The notes beneath the pieces are model-generated. The model saw only the letters and a program-made list of their open reading frames with translations. It had not been told where the DNA came from and searched no databases. From Adineta vaga (taxonomy: Eukaryota; Animalia; Rotifera), in NCBI GenBank assembly GCA_021613535.1, contig CP075492.1, positions 13,454,001 through 13,518,000 on the forward strand: 64,000 bases of DNA. Reading direction: 5' to 3'. Shown in pieces: positions 35,141 through 49,221 of this stretch; position 1 is the stretch's first letter; every line of letters begins with the position of its first letter. Both the position numbers and the translations under genes were made by a program.

Positions 35141-35435
35141 TAAGTGCATGAACGACTAATTAGAATTCATTTTCTTCATGAGAATAAATTTCGAAACTAA
35201 ATATGTGTAAAAATCCGAAGAGAAAAAAAACGAGACTTCCGTACTTCCAAATGAACCATATTTTGAACGAATTTTAATAAGATGAATATAATAAAACATA
35301 GCATAATGTATTTGTATATGCATAGAAACATGTCTATAATTCTAAACTAATTAACAGACTTGATATTTTGTATATTTCAACATTAGTAGCATAAGGAAAC
35401 ATGAAAGAAAAAGTTTATATTCATTATAATTCGAG

Positions 35436-38400
35436 TCATGTTGTCGATTGCTTGTTTCGTGCATTTCGACAACGTTCAACATTAGCTCGAAAGCCTTGTA
35501 AACCTATACGACTTAGATAAAGTTCACGTTGACGTTGTACTGTTGTCGTTATCGGATGATAATCTGTCGGACGATCTTTTATTATATTAATCGGTGTATC
35601 AGTTAACAGACTTTCTACCGGTATATCGAATGTACCAAGAAAATATTTCGTTAAACCATCAAGTATATCAACATAATACATACGATCATCTACACATATG
35701 GGTAAATTCATTGCAGCAAGTGATAATTTATTTGGTTTAGGAATACGTAATGGTGGTTCAAGACTATCGACGAAATCTGATAATTGATCATATCGTATAA
35801 ATTGTGAACCTGATGGATCTAATTGTTGCCATTTTTCATAATACATATCATAATCATCATCCGTTAAGCCCTGAATAGCAAACTAAATAAAACTTTCTTT
35901 GATTTATCAACTTACCTGTTGTACTTCTTCTTGTACTTGAAAGAAATTTTCTAAAATCACTGCAATATACATATTTACCTAAAGAATAACATGACATTCT
36001 CATTTTTTAAAAGTAAATTTTCTGAAATATTTACCACAACAAGAGAAGTAATGATAACATAACTCACAAGAAATGTTGTTGCAATAATGGAATCACCACA
36101 ATTACCTTTATTCGAAGGTAAATCTAAAGTTGGATCACAATCAGGTGGTCGATCATTAGTTAACGCTTGATAAACACCAGACCAACCAGCAGTTGTACAC
36201 ATTTGAAAAAGTACAATCATTGAATTAGGAAATGTTTCAAAATTGAATAAATCTGTGATACCAGCTGATTTTTTAACATACGCAAAAAATGACATGCCAA
36301 ATATTGAATAAATAAACATGACAAGAAAAAGAAGAAGACCAATATTAAATAATGCTGGTAATGAAACAGCTAATGCAAAAAGTAATGTTCGAATACCTTT
36401 TGTTCCTTTACACCAAAAAAAGAAAAATTTTCAATCATGAAAAATTTGATTATATCAAACCTTTTATAAGACGTAAAATCCTTCCTATACGTACGATACG
36501 TACAACACGTAATAAGGTTGGATTAACAACAAATTTTGCAATAATCTCACCCAATGTTTGTCCTAAAATCAACTGAAATAAAACTTACAGGAAATGAATG
36601 CATCAACATACCAAGAATTGATGCAATAACAATAATAAAATCAAATATATTCCATGGCATCATAAAATATTTAAAATTCAATGCAATTAATTTCATTAAA
36701 CATTCGATTGTAAATCTAAATTAGAATATTGTCGTATCGATCAAATACCTGTTCAGAAATATTGATTCTTACATTCCAACGAAAATATGATTGATAAGTG
36801 CCAGAACGAAATCATACGTATGACTTTGATTATAATGTTCAAGACACATACAAATCATATTCAATAGAATACAGATCATGATAAATATATCAAATGCTTG
36901 ATTTCGTGTTAAATCAAACAGAAATCTTCCAATAAAAAACTGCAACAAAACAAAGATTTACTTCAGATATATTTCTCGAATGTTTTCAGGAGTTTACCTT
37001 TGGTCTTGGTATTGCTTTTGTTGGCTTTTTATTACCCATTTTTTTCATAGCATTGTAATACTTTTTCTGATCTTCCGTCATAAACATTTGTAATGTTCCA
37101 TCAACACCTAACTAAAATGAAAATTAACATATAAGAATTTATATTACTTTTTCTAACTGACGAGTCGTTTTTGTTGATTGAAACTATCAATAACAACACC
37201 AATGAATAAATTCAGAGTAAAAAATGAACCAAATATAATAAATATAACAAAATAAACAAGAACATAAACATTTGATTCATATGTAGGTTGAACACCAATC
37301 TAAAGAAATAGTTTATCTAAATATCGATCAAAAGTCTTCGTATACTTCTTTCGCATCAGTTGCATCAGCCATGATTTCAACCCAACCTTTGAATGTTGCC
37401 TATAATTAAAAGAAAATAGAAACTCTCTCTTTAATCAATATTCATATAACTTACAACTTGAAATAACGCTAAATAACCACTCAGAACATTATCAAAATTA
37501 ATCCGTGAATTTTCCCATGTAAAATTCTTTATTAAACAATCGATTTTATTTGTTACATTTTCTGATATATTCACACGATCATGTGTATTTACATAAACAC
37601 ATTTATAAAATTTCCCACCAAATAATTGTACACCCATGATAGAAAATATCAACCAAAAGACTAAACAAACAAGTAAAACATTAAATATCGCTGGTATGGC
37701 ACCAAATAATGCGTTGACAACAACCTATTCAAAATTCAAAGAGATTAAATATGAAATGAATATGAAATTTCATACTCGAATGCCTTCAAATCTTGATAAA
37801 GCTTTTAATGGACGTAAAGCTCTTAAAGTTCTCATGGATTTCAAAACTGGAATATCAGCAACATGAAATGTATCGAGAAGCGTTCCAAAAACACTAACAA
37901 CTACGATAATAAAATCGAGATTATTCCATCCATTTGTAAAATAAGTTTTTATTCCATAAGCAAGCCATTTTAATATTAATTCAATAGTAAAAATAATTGT
38001 GAAGATAATATCAAAAAGAATTAAAACTTTCGTAAATGTTGGTTTTTGTCGTGAATAGACATCTTCTAAAGCCTATGGAAAGCAAAAAGAAAACAGTTTT
38101 CAAATCTTAGCTTCAATTGCTTCGATCAACATACTAAAGTTAAACTACTTGCTAATATACTTGCAATAATAAACCATTCAAAAAAGCGATGTTGAACAAA
38201 ACGATGAATTGAATAACGAAGAGATTTCCATTGTTTTGAATTACTTTTGGAATACATTTAGTACAACAAATAAAATGTTTTGATATAAATTTAGGACAAC
38301 AATCATCAGGTGGTTTGTGTAGAATTGGTTCTATTGAAGAAATTCGTCGATGTATTGGTTGCATTTCAATATTTTCATGTATAATAGTATTCGATTCTTC

Positions 38401-41400
38401 TAATTTATGTATGACTGGTAAAGGAACATCATTCATTAATCTTTGTGATTGTTGTCGATGACATAAACGATGAATAAATCGTCGAATACGATCGATAGCT
38501 TCAGTAATTTTATTTTCATTATCGTCCTCTTCTTTTTCAACTAATACATTTGAATTGAATGATGCAAGTAATAGAGCCAAGAATAGATTTAATATCTAAT
38601 AAGTTAGAAATAATTCTATATGAAAAAGAAACTTTGTTAAACATACCACAAGATTACCAATAACAAATACCAATAGAAAAAAAGGAATACATGGCCATCC
38701 AGCACATTCGAGACATACCCACATAGATTCAATCCACTCACCACATAAGACACGAAAAACAATCCTTGAAAAAAACATTCGATTTATATTCAATACTTTA
38801 TTGAAATTTACTTACATAAATGCATGAAAAAAATCTGAAAAATTCCATCTGGGAATGTCGTTTCCAAATTTTTCGGCATACTTTTGACCAAATAACTAGA
38901 AATGATTCGAAGAGTTTATCTTCATTCAAACTCTTTTAACTAATCTACCTGCATTCCCATTACTGCAAAAATAAATATCATAATAATAAGAATCAATGTT
39001 AAATTGCCCAACGCTCCAATCGATTTGCCAATGATTGAGATGAGTCGATTCAATGTTTGCCAAGATTTAGCCAATTTAAATACACGTAACTGAATAGAAT
39101 AGACAAATACCCAAATGAAAGATTCTATTTCGAACGACTTACTAATCGAAATGAACGCAGAACACTTAAACCTTTGACATTAGCAAGACCTAATTCAATC
39201 AAACTAACAGTAACAATTAAGAAATCAAATACATTCCATCCATTTTTATAAAATTTCGCTGGTGTTAATGCAATTATTTTGAAGACAGATTCAACGGTAA
39301 ATATACTTGTAAAAATATAATTGCCTATTGTTAAAATTCTTGTCATCTTTTCACTTTGACCCGGTTGATCAAGTGCCATAAATAATGTATTTAATATAAT
39401 ACAAATAGTTATAAATAATTCGACAAATGCATCCAAAATAAAAAGCGACACAACAGTCTAGAAAGGAACAGAATTTCAATATATTTGTGGCATTTTCTGA
39501 GAAAGTTTTTTAGACCTACTCTAAATTTATCAAACATTGGCCATTGACAGTTCCATTCGCAACAATAAACTCGTAGAAATTTTTGAGCATATGTACGAGC
39601 AATATTTGTACCTGAAATTGGTTAACGTTGCAGAAAATGTAGCATATTATGACTTACTTCTTAATTGAACAGGTAATAATTCTATACTTGTCATATACTG
39701 TCTATGATCTTGATCAAACTATAAGCAAAAAGGATAGGACGAAAGGAGACAAGAATATCAGATGTTTTTTTTACTGTGATAACTGTATTATTAACATTTG
39801 GAATATCTTCTGTAACTATCGTATTGCTCAGAATTAAACTTAATTGATGACAATGAACTGTGGAAAACGCTTGATCATCATTCTAACAAAAAGAAAATTG
39901 TTTCATGTTAAAATGTACAACTTAGTTCTAGATTCATCACTTGTTTCTTTTGAATCTCTCGTCTTTCTGATTCTTTATTTTCTTCTTCAGTTTTTGTTTG
40001 TTGTTGAAGATACGACATGGAAACAATAGCTAAGATTAAATTCACCAAATAAAATGAACCAAAAAAGATCACAACAACGAAATATAAAAAATGATAACGA
40101 CCAGCAGCTGATAAAACCTTGATTGAATTATAATCCTCTAAACATATTTTCAATTTTCATGTCTTTTCTTCTTACCAAAAGATAAAGATTTTCCCAATAA
40201 TCTTGTGTCATTAATCGAAAACATGCAAGCATTGCCCAGCCATAGTTATCAAAACTATCTCGACAAAAAAAATTCTTTCTCAAAACAAAAGTAAATAATC
40301 AAATCTACCTTGTATATCCAAAATCAGGACTATAAACAAAAGAATTTTGTTCAACATATATGTACTGAAAACTAAAAGAATAACTTACTTTATACCTCGA
40401 TCTTTCCAACACACATAACCAACAGGACATTTTGTAGTTCCACTTGCATTACCACAAAGAACATAATTTTGATTTTCTTGATACCAATAAGCTATGAAAA
40501 TGGTAAGATTATGAAATCATAACAAATGCCAATTCCGCACAAACTAACTTTCATTATCTAAATCTTTCAAATATGATTTGTACGATTGATTCAATCCAGT
40601 ACTACTATTCAAAAATGAGTCAAAAGATGGTACACATTTTTGTCGAAGAACACCCATGTAAAGTTGCATTCCTACCTACAAGCAAAGTAATAAATGCACT
40701 ACTTCAACTCTCAGAAATTCTCAAACCAAAGCAAAGATCGATAGAATAAATATAGATAAAATCGTGACATCTCGTAGAGAAATAAACGATTGTATTAAAG
40801 CATTAACAATTGTTTTCAAACCTAGAATATAGTTCATTTATGGAATGTTTATTCATATGAAATAGTCTACCGGGTACAACGGCAACCGTTTTCAATACTC
40901 TCAAGACACGAAATACTCGTAATACAGCAAATTTTCCCATATTGATAAAAAATGTGATGTAACTAAAACATAAACGAATCGAAATAGTTGAATTGCCTTA
41001 TTGATAATACATACGCGAGGATAATAACAATAAAATCTAACCAATTCCATGAATCACGTAAAAATGTAAATTTTCCTAGAACAAATCCTCTTGCAAGACA
41101 CTTTATCAAGGCTTCACTCGTATAAACTATCGTGAAAATAATTCTTCAATAGAAAAAAAAGAAAGAATAAAGATGCAAACAATTAAAACGAATTAAGACA
41201 TACTCGATCGTATCTGGAACATTTTCAAATGTCATACATATACAATTCGTTAAAATAGTAAGCATAATCAATGTACTAAAAAGTGAATGTGTTAATATTC
41301 GTATCGCTAAACGTCGAAAACAATTTAATGGAGAAAATAGAAAACAAGCTGGTTTTAAATTAAATCGATAGATTGTTTTATTACGATTAATAACTACAAA

Positions 41401-41674
41401 TACCTACGAATTGAAAATTATAAAAATAAAGTTGTATCATTCATTTCGAAGTTTATATACTTACATATTCAATACGATAATACCAATCGATTTCTTCAAT
41501 TGGTTTACCAATTAGTTCATCTGGAAATTTGTTTTGTAATACTTCTGGTAATATTTGTCCTTCGGCTAATTCTTTATTCGGAGAAATAATTTCACATGCT
41601 TCTTGACGATAATGTTCGATACGTTGAAATGATTCGTGTGTAAATTCACGAAAGATAATTGAATTGTAATCCAT
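35436..41674 (-). CDS. Voltage-gated sodium channel alpha subunit (Nav1-type, DEKA filter), ~27 short introns; one apparent frameshift at ~38234-38237
   Basis: Pore loops TQDYW (D), CGEWIE (E), FKGW (K) and TAGW (A); S4 Arg repeats; [16 protein letters not shown] inactivation linker; C-terminal EF-hand-like region. Confidence 0.92.
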
Positions 41675-42320
41675 TTTAATTTATTAAATAATCGTTGTTT
41701 TTTATTCTTCAGTATGTGTATTTTTTTAGAGAAATCTCAAAAACAATGGTCGATACTCGATGTATAGAACGTTTATGAAGAAAAGTCAATAGGAGAAGCT
41801 ATAGAAAAGACATAAATCAAAAAGAATTAGAAAAGGTTAGATATTCTTGTTTGTTTGCTATGGAACGATAAACCAGATGGATATTAACAATCGAATATTG
41901 ATTTTTATTACATCATGATATAGATTCAAAGTTTTATTAACAATGAATGACTCCTTCTAGAAGAAATTTCAAGATTTTCAATGAATAGACATCGTATTTA
42001 TCAATATAATGCGATCTAGTGTTCTTGGCATGTCATATAATCTCTTTTTCTTTATCGATTATTTGTCTGTTTCTTTTGGTGACATGTATATAGAGATGTC
42101 AAAATTATGTAGTATTTTTTTTCAATTATCACTATTAACAAATGTTATCCATCAAGATGATGTGAAATGTCTTCTATCATATCGAAATGATATATACATT
42201 TATCTTTAAAACGTAAAATGGATAGTGAGAGAGAGAGAGAGAAAACGGAAGATATTCTTGTCTGTATGCAATATGGATAAAAAAATTTTCATTCGAACAA
42301 AGATTATAGAAATGAATAGA

Positions 42321-43304
42321 TCATTGTTCTAATAATCGAAATGAAGCAGCAATCATCAAATGATCAGATGGATTCGTTTCATCTGGATAAGCTTTTCCAA
42401 TAGGATAATCGGGTAATTCCAAAACGTTTTCTACGATCATTTGACCAGCAAAAAAGATATAATCCAATGTTCCAGTGTAATCTGATGGTTCCGAAGTACA
42501 CGAATAGTTTGTATAGGCTGGTTCTGAACCGTTCTTTTCTCGATAAGCACTTTTCAATATTTGATCTGTCTTAGGTTTATACATGATATCAAAATGCTTA
42601 GATTTTGGAAAGTAATTTTCAGGAAAACCTGTTTTTGTTAATTCTCCATAACATGCAGTCCATGGTTCAAAATTAAAATCACCTGCTAATATCAAATTAT
42701 CTCCAGTAGCAAATTGAAATACCAAATCTTTTACAATCGATGCATGTATCGCCATTGTATCGGGATATTTATAAAGGCAAGGCATATGATATGTACTGAT
42801 ACACAATGGTCGACTTTCAATAGTTACTCTTAAGCAAATCAAAGTGTTCGTTCTATCCATAGCTCTCTCCCATGGATTAATGATCTCGTCTGTGCTTTGA
42901 TCGGAATTATCCTGATTTGAATTCGTTGTAGTCTCACGTTGTTTACAAACGGAACGAATGTAATCACCAATTTTGATGTATGAGATTTCATTCAATTGCA
43001 TCGATAGAGGAATTGCTATTCCTACACCCATGTAATCATTCCACTCTCCACCATATAGATTATAAAACAAACTATAGTTTAATCGACGAAAGAATAATTC
43101 CAATTTCGGAAGCAGAGAAAGACACAATTCTTGTAAACATACAATAGTATTTTTATGAGTCGCAATCTCTCGTTCTAACTGATTTTCAATCAAATTCCAA
43201 CGATATGCAGTTTGAAGATATTTCGGATCAGATTTATTATAATAATCAACTTGTTCAGCATAGAGCGGTACTAACAGATTGTACGATACAAGATGAAAAG
43301 TCAT
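42321..43304 (-). CDS. EEP-family (CCR4/nocturnin/PDE12-like) nuclease/phosphatase, single exon
   Basis: SYNLL, CLQE, AGDFN, TLDYIF and PSDH motifs. Confidence 0.88.
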   Translation of the reverse strand: MTFHLVSYNLLVPLYAEQVDYYNKSDPKYLQTAYRWNLIENQLEREIATHKNTIVCLQELCLSLLPKLELFFRRLNYSLFYNLYGGEWNDYMGVGIAIPLSMQLNEISYIKIGDYIRSVCKQRETTTNSNQDNSDQSTDEIINPWERAMDRTNTLICLRVTIESRPLCISTYHMPCLYKYPDTMAIHASIVKDLVFQFATGDNLILAGDFNFEPWTACYGELTKTGFPENYFPKSKHFDIMYKPKTDQILKSAYREKNGSEPAYTNYSCTSEPSDYTGTLDYIFFAGQMIVENVLELPDYPIGKAYPDETNPSDHLMIAASFRLLEQ

Positions 43305-43438
43305 AGTAATATTCGAAAGATCTCTGTTGCTTTTTTTTTATATACTAAAATTAAAAGATAAGAAAAATAGATGCATATTGTTTTTTCTATCAAAATATAT
43401 GGTTTAATATTTTCGTAGTATCAACATAATCAACATCG

Positions 43439-45389
43439 CTAACAGTAACATGAATACACAAAGCATAAACACTGTTGATAATGGAAAATGCTACGAAAAT
43501 AAAAGTGAAAATGAAACAATAAATATGATTTAGATCTATTCCTTACTCCGAGTAACACAGTAAGCATAAGTAAAAGTTGAGGTACACGCAAATAGTTCAT
43601 TAGTGTTGAACGCACTAGAATGAAAATACAAAGACAACTTTCCTCATAGAAAACAAACCTACTCACATTCATTCGGAATCATTCACTTCTTAGTAATGTC
43701 ATAGCTGGCCAAAAAGTACCGACACATATTTGAAAAACAATAAAACCAAGCAGAATAGTTATCTGTTCCTAAAAGAGACGGCATCAACACATCGATGTGA
43801 ATATAATATCGTGTTATTTACATGCGGAGTAATAATCGGTATGCTCAAGGCTAGAGCAGCGACTAGATACAAAATTCTAAAAGATATCAATTTATGAATT
43901 GAACACAAAAGAATATAGTAAATTATCAAATAACATACGCTAGAAATGTTTGTGGTCGAAATCGTTTGATAAACGAACTGGATATACATGAACCCAACAA
44001 TCGTGACGTCTAGGTTTTTTAACGAAAAGAAATAGTTAAGTGAAAAATTGAATATCGTTGTTTACTAAATAGCCAGAATAAATATAACCCAATGGCAATG
44101 GATCAGATATTGTTAATTTCTTTGCTGCTTGTAATGTTGGTGCCCATTCAATTAACCATATATATGATGAAGCACAAAAAAGTGCATTACTCAAACCACA
44201 AAGAACAATGCGAAAATCTAAATTAGATCAATTCATTCAAAATGAAAATAATATGGGTAGACGAACAAACCAGTTCGTAATGCTTTCATTGCTGAAATAA
44301 ATGATGTATGCATTAAGATTTTTTCTCGACCATAATTTTCAGACCAATGACAAAGAATAAAGATAAATGTGATGCAGAAAAATCCAACACCAACAGTAAA
44401 TGGTGCACTGTAAATATAAAGAAAAGAGGAGATTATTGTATGAGAATGATTCAGTTAGCAATATCTAACATGTAACCATAGGATTTCACAAGAAATTGAG
44501 AAAAAAATCCAGTTCCAATTGTTGCAATATTGAGATAAATATCTAATAGAAAAGAAATCATGAATTTCTTTAGTCAAATAAAAACAAAATCAGTACTAAC
44601 TTGCATTGTTCAATGTATATTCAAGATTTTGACTGTTTAAGTTACGCTAAAATATGATTAATCATCGATTAAATGTAATTCAAAAGCATACGAAACAAAC
44701 TTGTTTATGTTCTTGTAATAGCCATGCTTCAAATGCTGTCGCATAAAGTGCATCACCTATTCCACGAAAAATATGTCCAAGAATTAATATTCGTTTGGAA
44801 GGAAAATGCTAGATATATACACAAAATACTCGAAATGTCAAATGATTCATTTATACTTACACATGTCACATGATACAATCCATAGAAAAAACTACATGAA
44901 AGACATGCACGTCGACGTCCACTAAAATTTTCGAATAAATCGTATCTTATTACGATTATTTAACGGATGTGGTCACTTACTAACGATCAGCTAATGAAGC
45001 AACAAATGTACCAACGAATAGTGATGCAATAAAACAGTACACAAAAAATTGTTCAATTGTTGCACGATCAATACCATAACTATCGAAGAGTGCATAACTA
45101 TAAGCGCTAGGTAAATAACCACCGACTATATAATTATTGAGAGAAAGAAAGATTGATCACTTTTTTTTCTTATTAATAACTATGAATTACTTTACTTGAA
45201 AGCAGTAGAAATCCGATTAAATAAGTGGAATGTAGTTTTTGAGAAAATAAGAGTGTCTTTATAGAAGATTTGATGATCATGATCATTTGACATTTTTCAA
45301 TACGATATTCATTTATATTAAGCGAATAACATTGAAAATAAACTAATAATATAAATAACCCGAAAAATATGAAAAAAAATATTAATCAT
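43439..45389 (-). CDS. MFS transporter, MFSD5 / molybdate-anion-transporter-like; multi-exon, 5' end uncertain
   Basis: AYSYALFDSYG, VASLAD(R).GRRRAC and GIGDALYATAFEAWL motifs with many TM exons. The ATG at 45389 is out of frame by 1 across the A-run at 45372-45379. Confidence 0.72.
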
Positions 45390-45819
45390 GATAGGAAGAA
45401 AACTTCTTTGATGCTAGAAATCCAATCAGCTGTCATAGAGAAAAAAACATACAAATAAAACGCTATTTTTGGATAGATGTCATCGTATTACATAACCGTT
45501 AAATTGTTGTTTGTGCAATACAAATGTACGTATCTGAAAATCTATTAACCGTATGTGTTACCCTTTAATTAATACTAAATAGTTCTTGATATGTTTATAA
45601 ATAAGCATTATGATTCGACAAAATGACAGAATATTTGATTAGTAAATATAGACCAGATTATTGCTGATAGATAAAGAAAGAGGTCATTTATCTAAATGAA
45701 ATTATTCATAAAATAATCCAACAGTATCATTGTCGTAAAATACAATGTACAATATGCAAGTCACAACATTGAGCTCAATAGAGATGAAGGTAAAAGTTTT
45801 CTGTCGCCTAGCTCAATCT

Positions 45820-46460
45820 GTTTTAATGAGTCGCGATATGTATCATACAACTGTGGAGTGAGCTGGAATTAGCATTCCCTATTGTATGTGCATATGAATA
45901 TGACTGTCATTTTTTTCGTAACTTTGATCTAAATAAATCATTTCCAATTGTTTATCAAGAGCTATGCAATCGAATAAATGGATGTGATAAATTGACCTGT
46001 CAAGGCTTAGTGCCAACTTATGTCAAATGGATGAATGCATAACACTTGGAATGCATTCATCAGATTAGGAATTCACTTCTTTTGGTTTTATAGTAACACT
46101 GGTCTTCTTTATTTTAATATACAAGAAAGTTCACAGTCTTTGTTCTTTCAATGAATATTTATAAAACCAGTGATTATAACGCGCGTTTACATTAGCTGGA
46201 TTTGATACTGAACTATTGAAAAAGAAAGTATGATACAGATGACTACTCCAAAAATGGAAGATTCTATTTAACTAAAAACAGAAAAAAGTATACCTAGTAA
46301 ATCTCATGCTAATTTTCATTGTCATCGTGGAATAGTAATTCATTCAAAAGATGGTTATACTAGTTGTATCTGTCCTTCAAGTTATTATGGCATTCGTTGT
46401 ACATTTCAAAGTGAACGATTAAGTATTTCATTTCGATCAGAAATGCCTTTGACATCTGAG
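45820..46460 (+). pseudogene. Decayed Cys-rich (LDLa/EGF-like) receptor relic
   Basis: Fragments FPIVYQELCNRINGCD and FHCHRGIVIHSKDGYTSCICPSSYYGIRCTFQSERLSISFR, with stops and frameshifts around them. Confidence 0.55.
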
Positions 46461-46695
46461 ATATCCATTGGAATATTCTATCTATCAAACAAAGTTATCA
46501 ACTTTCTTGTCTTTGTATAAAACGTTTGATATTTTACAAGCTTGAAACATACATATGCATTTTCTTAGTTCCAAACGTTTAACAAATATAAATATTGAAG
46601 AATATGCTTATAATATATAAAGACATTGTCAAAATTGATTCGAAAAGGAGTATTCCTTTGATATCATCAAGATTATTTATTAGAAAGTACGATAA

Positions 46696-48841
46696 TTAAT
46701 TTTTATATTCAATCAATGTTTTTAAAAGTTTCACTTCTTGTTCTAAATCTTTATCTTCCAATGCTGCCATTTCCATTTCAAAATGATGTAGAAATGTTTG
46801 AAATTCTTTTCGATATTGATTAGATACTATCAATGCTGTCGATTGTCGTTCCCATTCACTTAAATTGTTCACATTCGATTCATTTAGATCATCGACTATT
46901 TTCTTCTTTTGATGAAAACATTCACGTTCATGAGTAATCCAGTTCTTTAATAAACGAACATAATTAACTAAAAGAATTGCTTTTCGAATACCAGAATTGG
47001 CATAATAGACTTCATTTTTATCCGTCTGAATATCAATCAATTGTTGTTCTTGATAAGTTTTACCTAATCGATCTTCATATGTGACGAAAAAATGTGCTTT
47101 TTTATTTGATATATGTTCGAACGCTTGTTTGATTTTTAATTTCAATAAAACAATTCCACCACGTGTACATTCATTATCATCAGTTCTTGATGGAAATAAA
47201 GTATTAATTTGTATTAATTCATTTTGTTTATTTTCATTCCATTCCGGTGAACCATAAACTCGTTCAACATCAAATAAATCAGATTGAAATTTCATTTGAA
47301 CATTGAATACTAATGGTGTTAAAATTAAATCAAAATCATTATCTAATAATTTCATAAATTTCTTTGAATTATGTACAGAAAAGTAATTTGCACCACGATG
47401 TTTTGTAATCGAAGAAATTAATTCAGTATTTAAATCGATTCCTACACCAAGAAATGTCATATAAATACGATGTTTTGCTAAGCGTTCAATATATGAATTA
47501 AAACTTGATTTATCTAAACGACCTTGATTTGGTTGTGCATCAGTTAGAAATAAAATTCGATGATCATATTCTTGATCTTCAATTAATGATGCATCTTCGA
47601 ATAATGAAGTACAACACTTCAATGCTGCACTCATATCTGTACTACCATCAGCTTGAATTTTTGATAATTTATTTTTTAATTGTTGAATATTTAAATCACT
47701 TGTTTTCCCTATTGTTTGAAGAATAGATGTTTCATGATCAAATAAAATAATTCCTAAACGATCATTAGGTTTTAAATGATCTAATACTTTTGAAACAACA
47801 TCGATAGTGATTGCCATTTTTGAACGAGTATCAAATTCTTCTTCATTAGTTCTACTAGAAAATTAGAAATGATAATAAGTATAAATTCATGTTCTTTTGA
47901 TTGCAAGAAATCAACATACACTTTTGAACGATCATAATGGTATCGATTAAATGAGGAAGACATTGATCCACTTTTATCAATACAAATTAATAAATTCATT
48001 GGACTTCGTTTAAATGTATCTTCAGTTAAATTCGAATTTAAACCAACAGTCATATAGTATTCTAATGATTGATGTTCTTCTTCATTTTGTAAAGGATTAT
48101 TTGTCATTGCAATTGAATATGATGGACAAAATAATTCTTTCTGATGAGAATATTCTGGTTGCTCACCAGTATCAAAAAAATAATCATTAAATAGTCCTTC
48201 ATAGGACACATCTGTAACAATTGGTAGATAATTCTTTTGTATATTTTCTCGAAAATTGTTGATATCTTTAGCACCACCAACACTAAATCCAATTGTACGA
48301 GCCGTTGAAGCCATCGAAGAATGTCCTCGTAAACCTACAAGATCACAATTGAACAATGATCTTTGTTCGAAGAAGTAGATCAAAATGTGTGATACTTACG
48401 AAGAACAAGATGAAGTGTAGATTCTTTCTGAATATTGTAATCGGTGAGTGTACGACCATCTTCAAGTTGTTTTCCAGCAAAAATCATACGTTGTTGATCA
48501 GGTGGAATGCCTTCTTGATCTTGAATTTTAGCTTTTACGTCTTCGATCGATTCCGATGGATCAACTTCGATAGTAATCGTCTTACCGGTTAGCGTTTTAA
48601 TGAAAATCTGCATTCCACCTCGGAGGCGTAGAACAAGATGAAATGTACTTCCTTGTTGAACATTGTAATCATTAAGTGTTCGATCATCTTCAAGTTGTTT
48701 ACCAGCAAAAATAAGACGCTGTTGATCAGGAGAAATACCTTCTTTATCATGAATTTTACGTTTTACTACTTCGATTGTATCCGAAGTTTCCGTATCAACA
48801 GTTAAAGTTTTACCCGTGAGTGTTCTAACAAAAACTTGCAT
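46696..48841 (-). CDS. Di-ubiquitin-VWA domain fusion protein; exons 48841-48400, 48334-~47920, ~47855-46696
   Basis: Two ubiquitin units; the splice C|GT gives LRLRGH running in frame into GFSVGGAKD...; VWA MIDAS motifs DKSGS, GST and LTD are intact. Confidence 0.88.
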
Positions 48842-48924
48842 GTTACTAGTTGATAAATATAATAAGTAATATAATGCTTAAATTTTTATCACGATAGAAT
48901 GAATTAAAGCAAATGAATACGCCA

Positions 48925-49041
48925 CTTTTTATACTAAACTGATGACTCATTCTGACATCTTACTTTCATAACGATTGAGTAAGTATCACTGAATAGGAAT
49001 AGAAATATTTCCAAATTGGCAATTACAATCTAGAACATTCT
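48925..49041 (-). promoter_or_regulatory. Putative stress promoter of the Ub-VWA gene: TATA box, AP-1 site, heat-shock element
   Basis: TATAAAAAG on the - strand at ~48925-48933, TGACTCA at 48943-48949 and aTCtaGAAcaTTCt at 49028-49041. Confidence 0.45.
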
Positions 49042-49221
49042 GATATTCGTCATTAGTAAAATATCCAAAAAAGTACGATTGATTTTATTCTTTATTTTAA
49101 TCTTGACTAATTGCGAAAATGACATAGACACAATGCACATTGAAAATTTGTTCGTATTTCATCGAGACTAGGATATACATATAATGAAAAAAAAAAGAAT
49201 GAGTGATAGAATAAAATTGTT

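Noticed and set aside
42226-42242. (GA)n and (TA)n runs (also ~29269-29285 and ~29865-29881)
   Set aside because: Ordinary short microsatellites.
45372-45379. Programmed frameshifting at homopolymers (also 7708-7712 and 38234-38237)
   Set aside because: All are simple mononucleotide runs with no evident stimulatory structure; sequencing error or mutation is more parsimonious.
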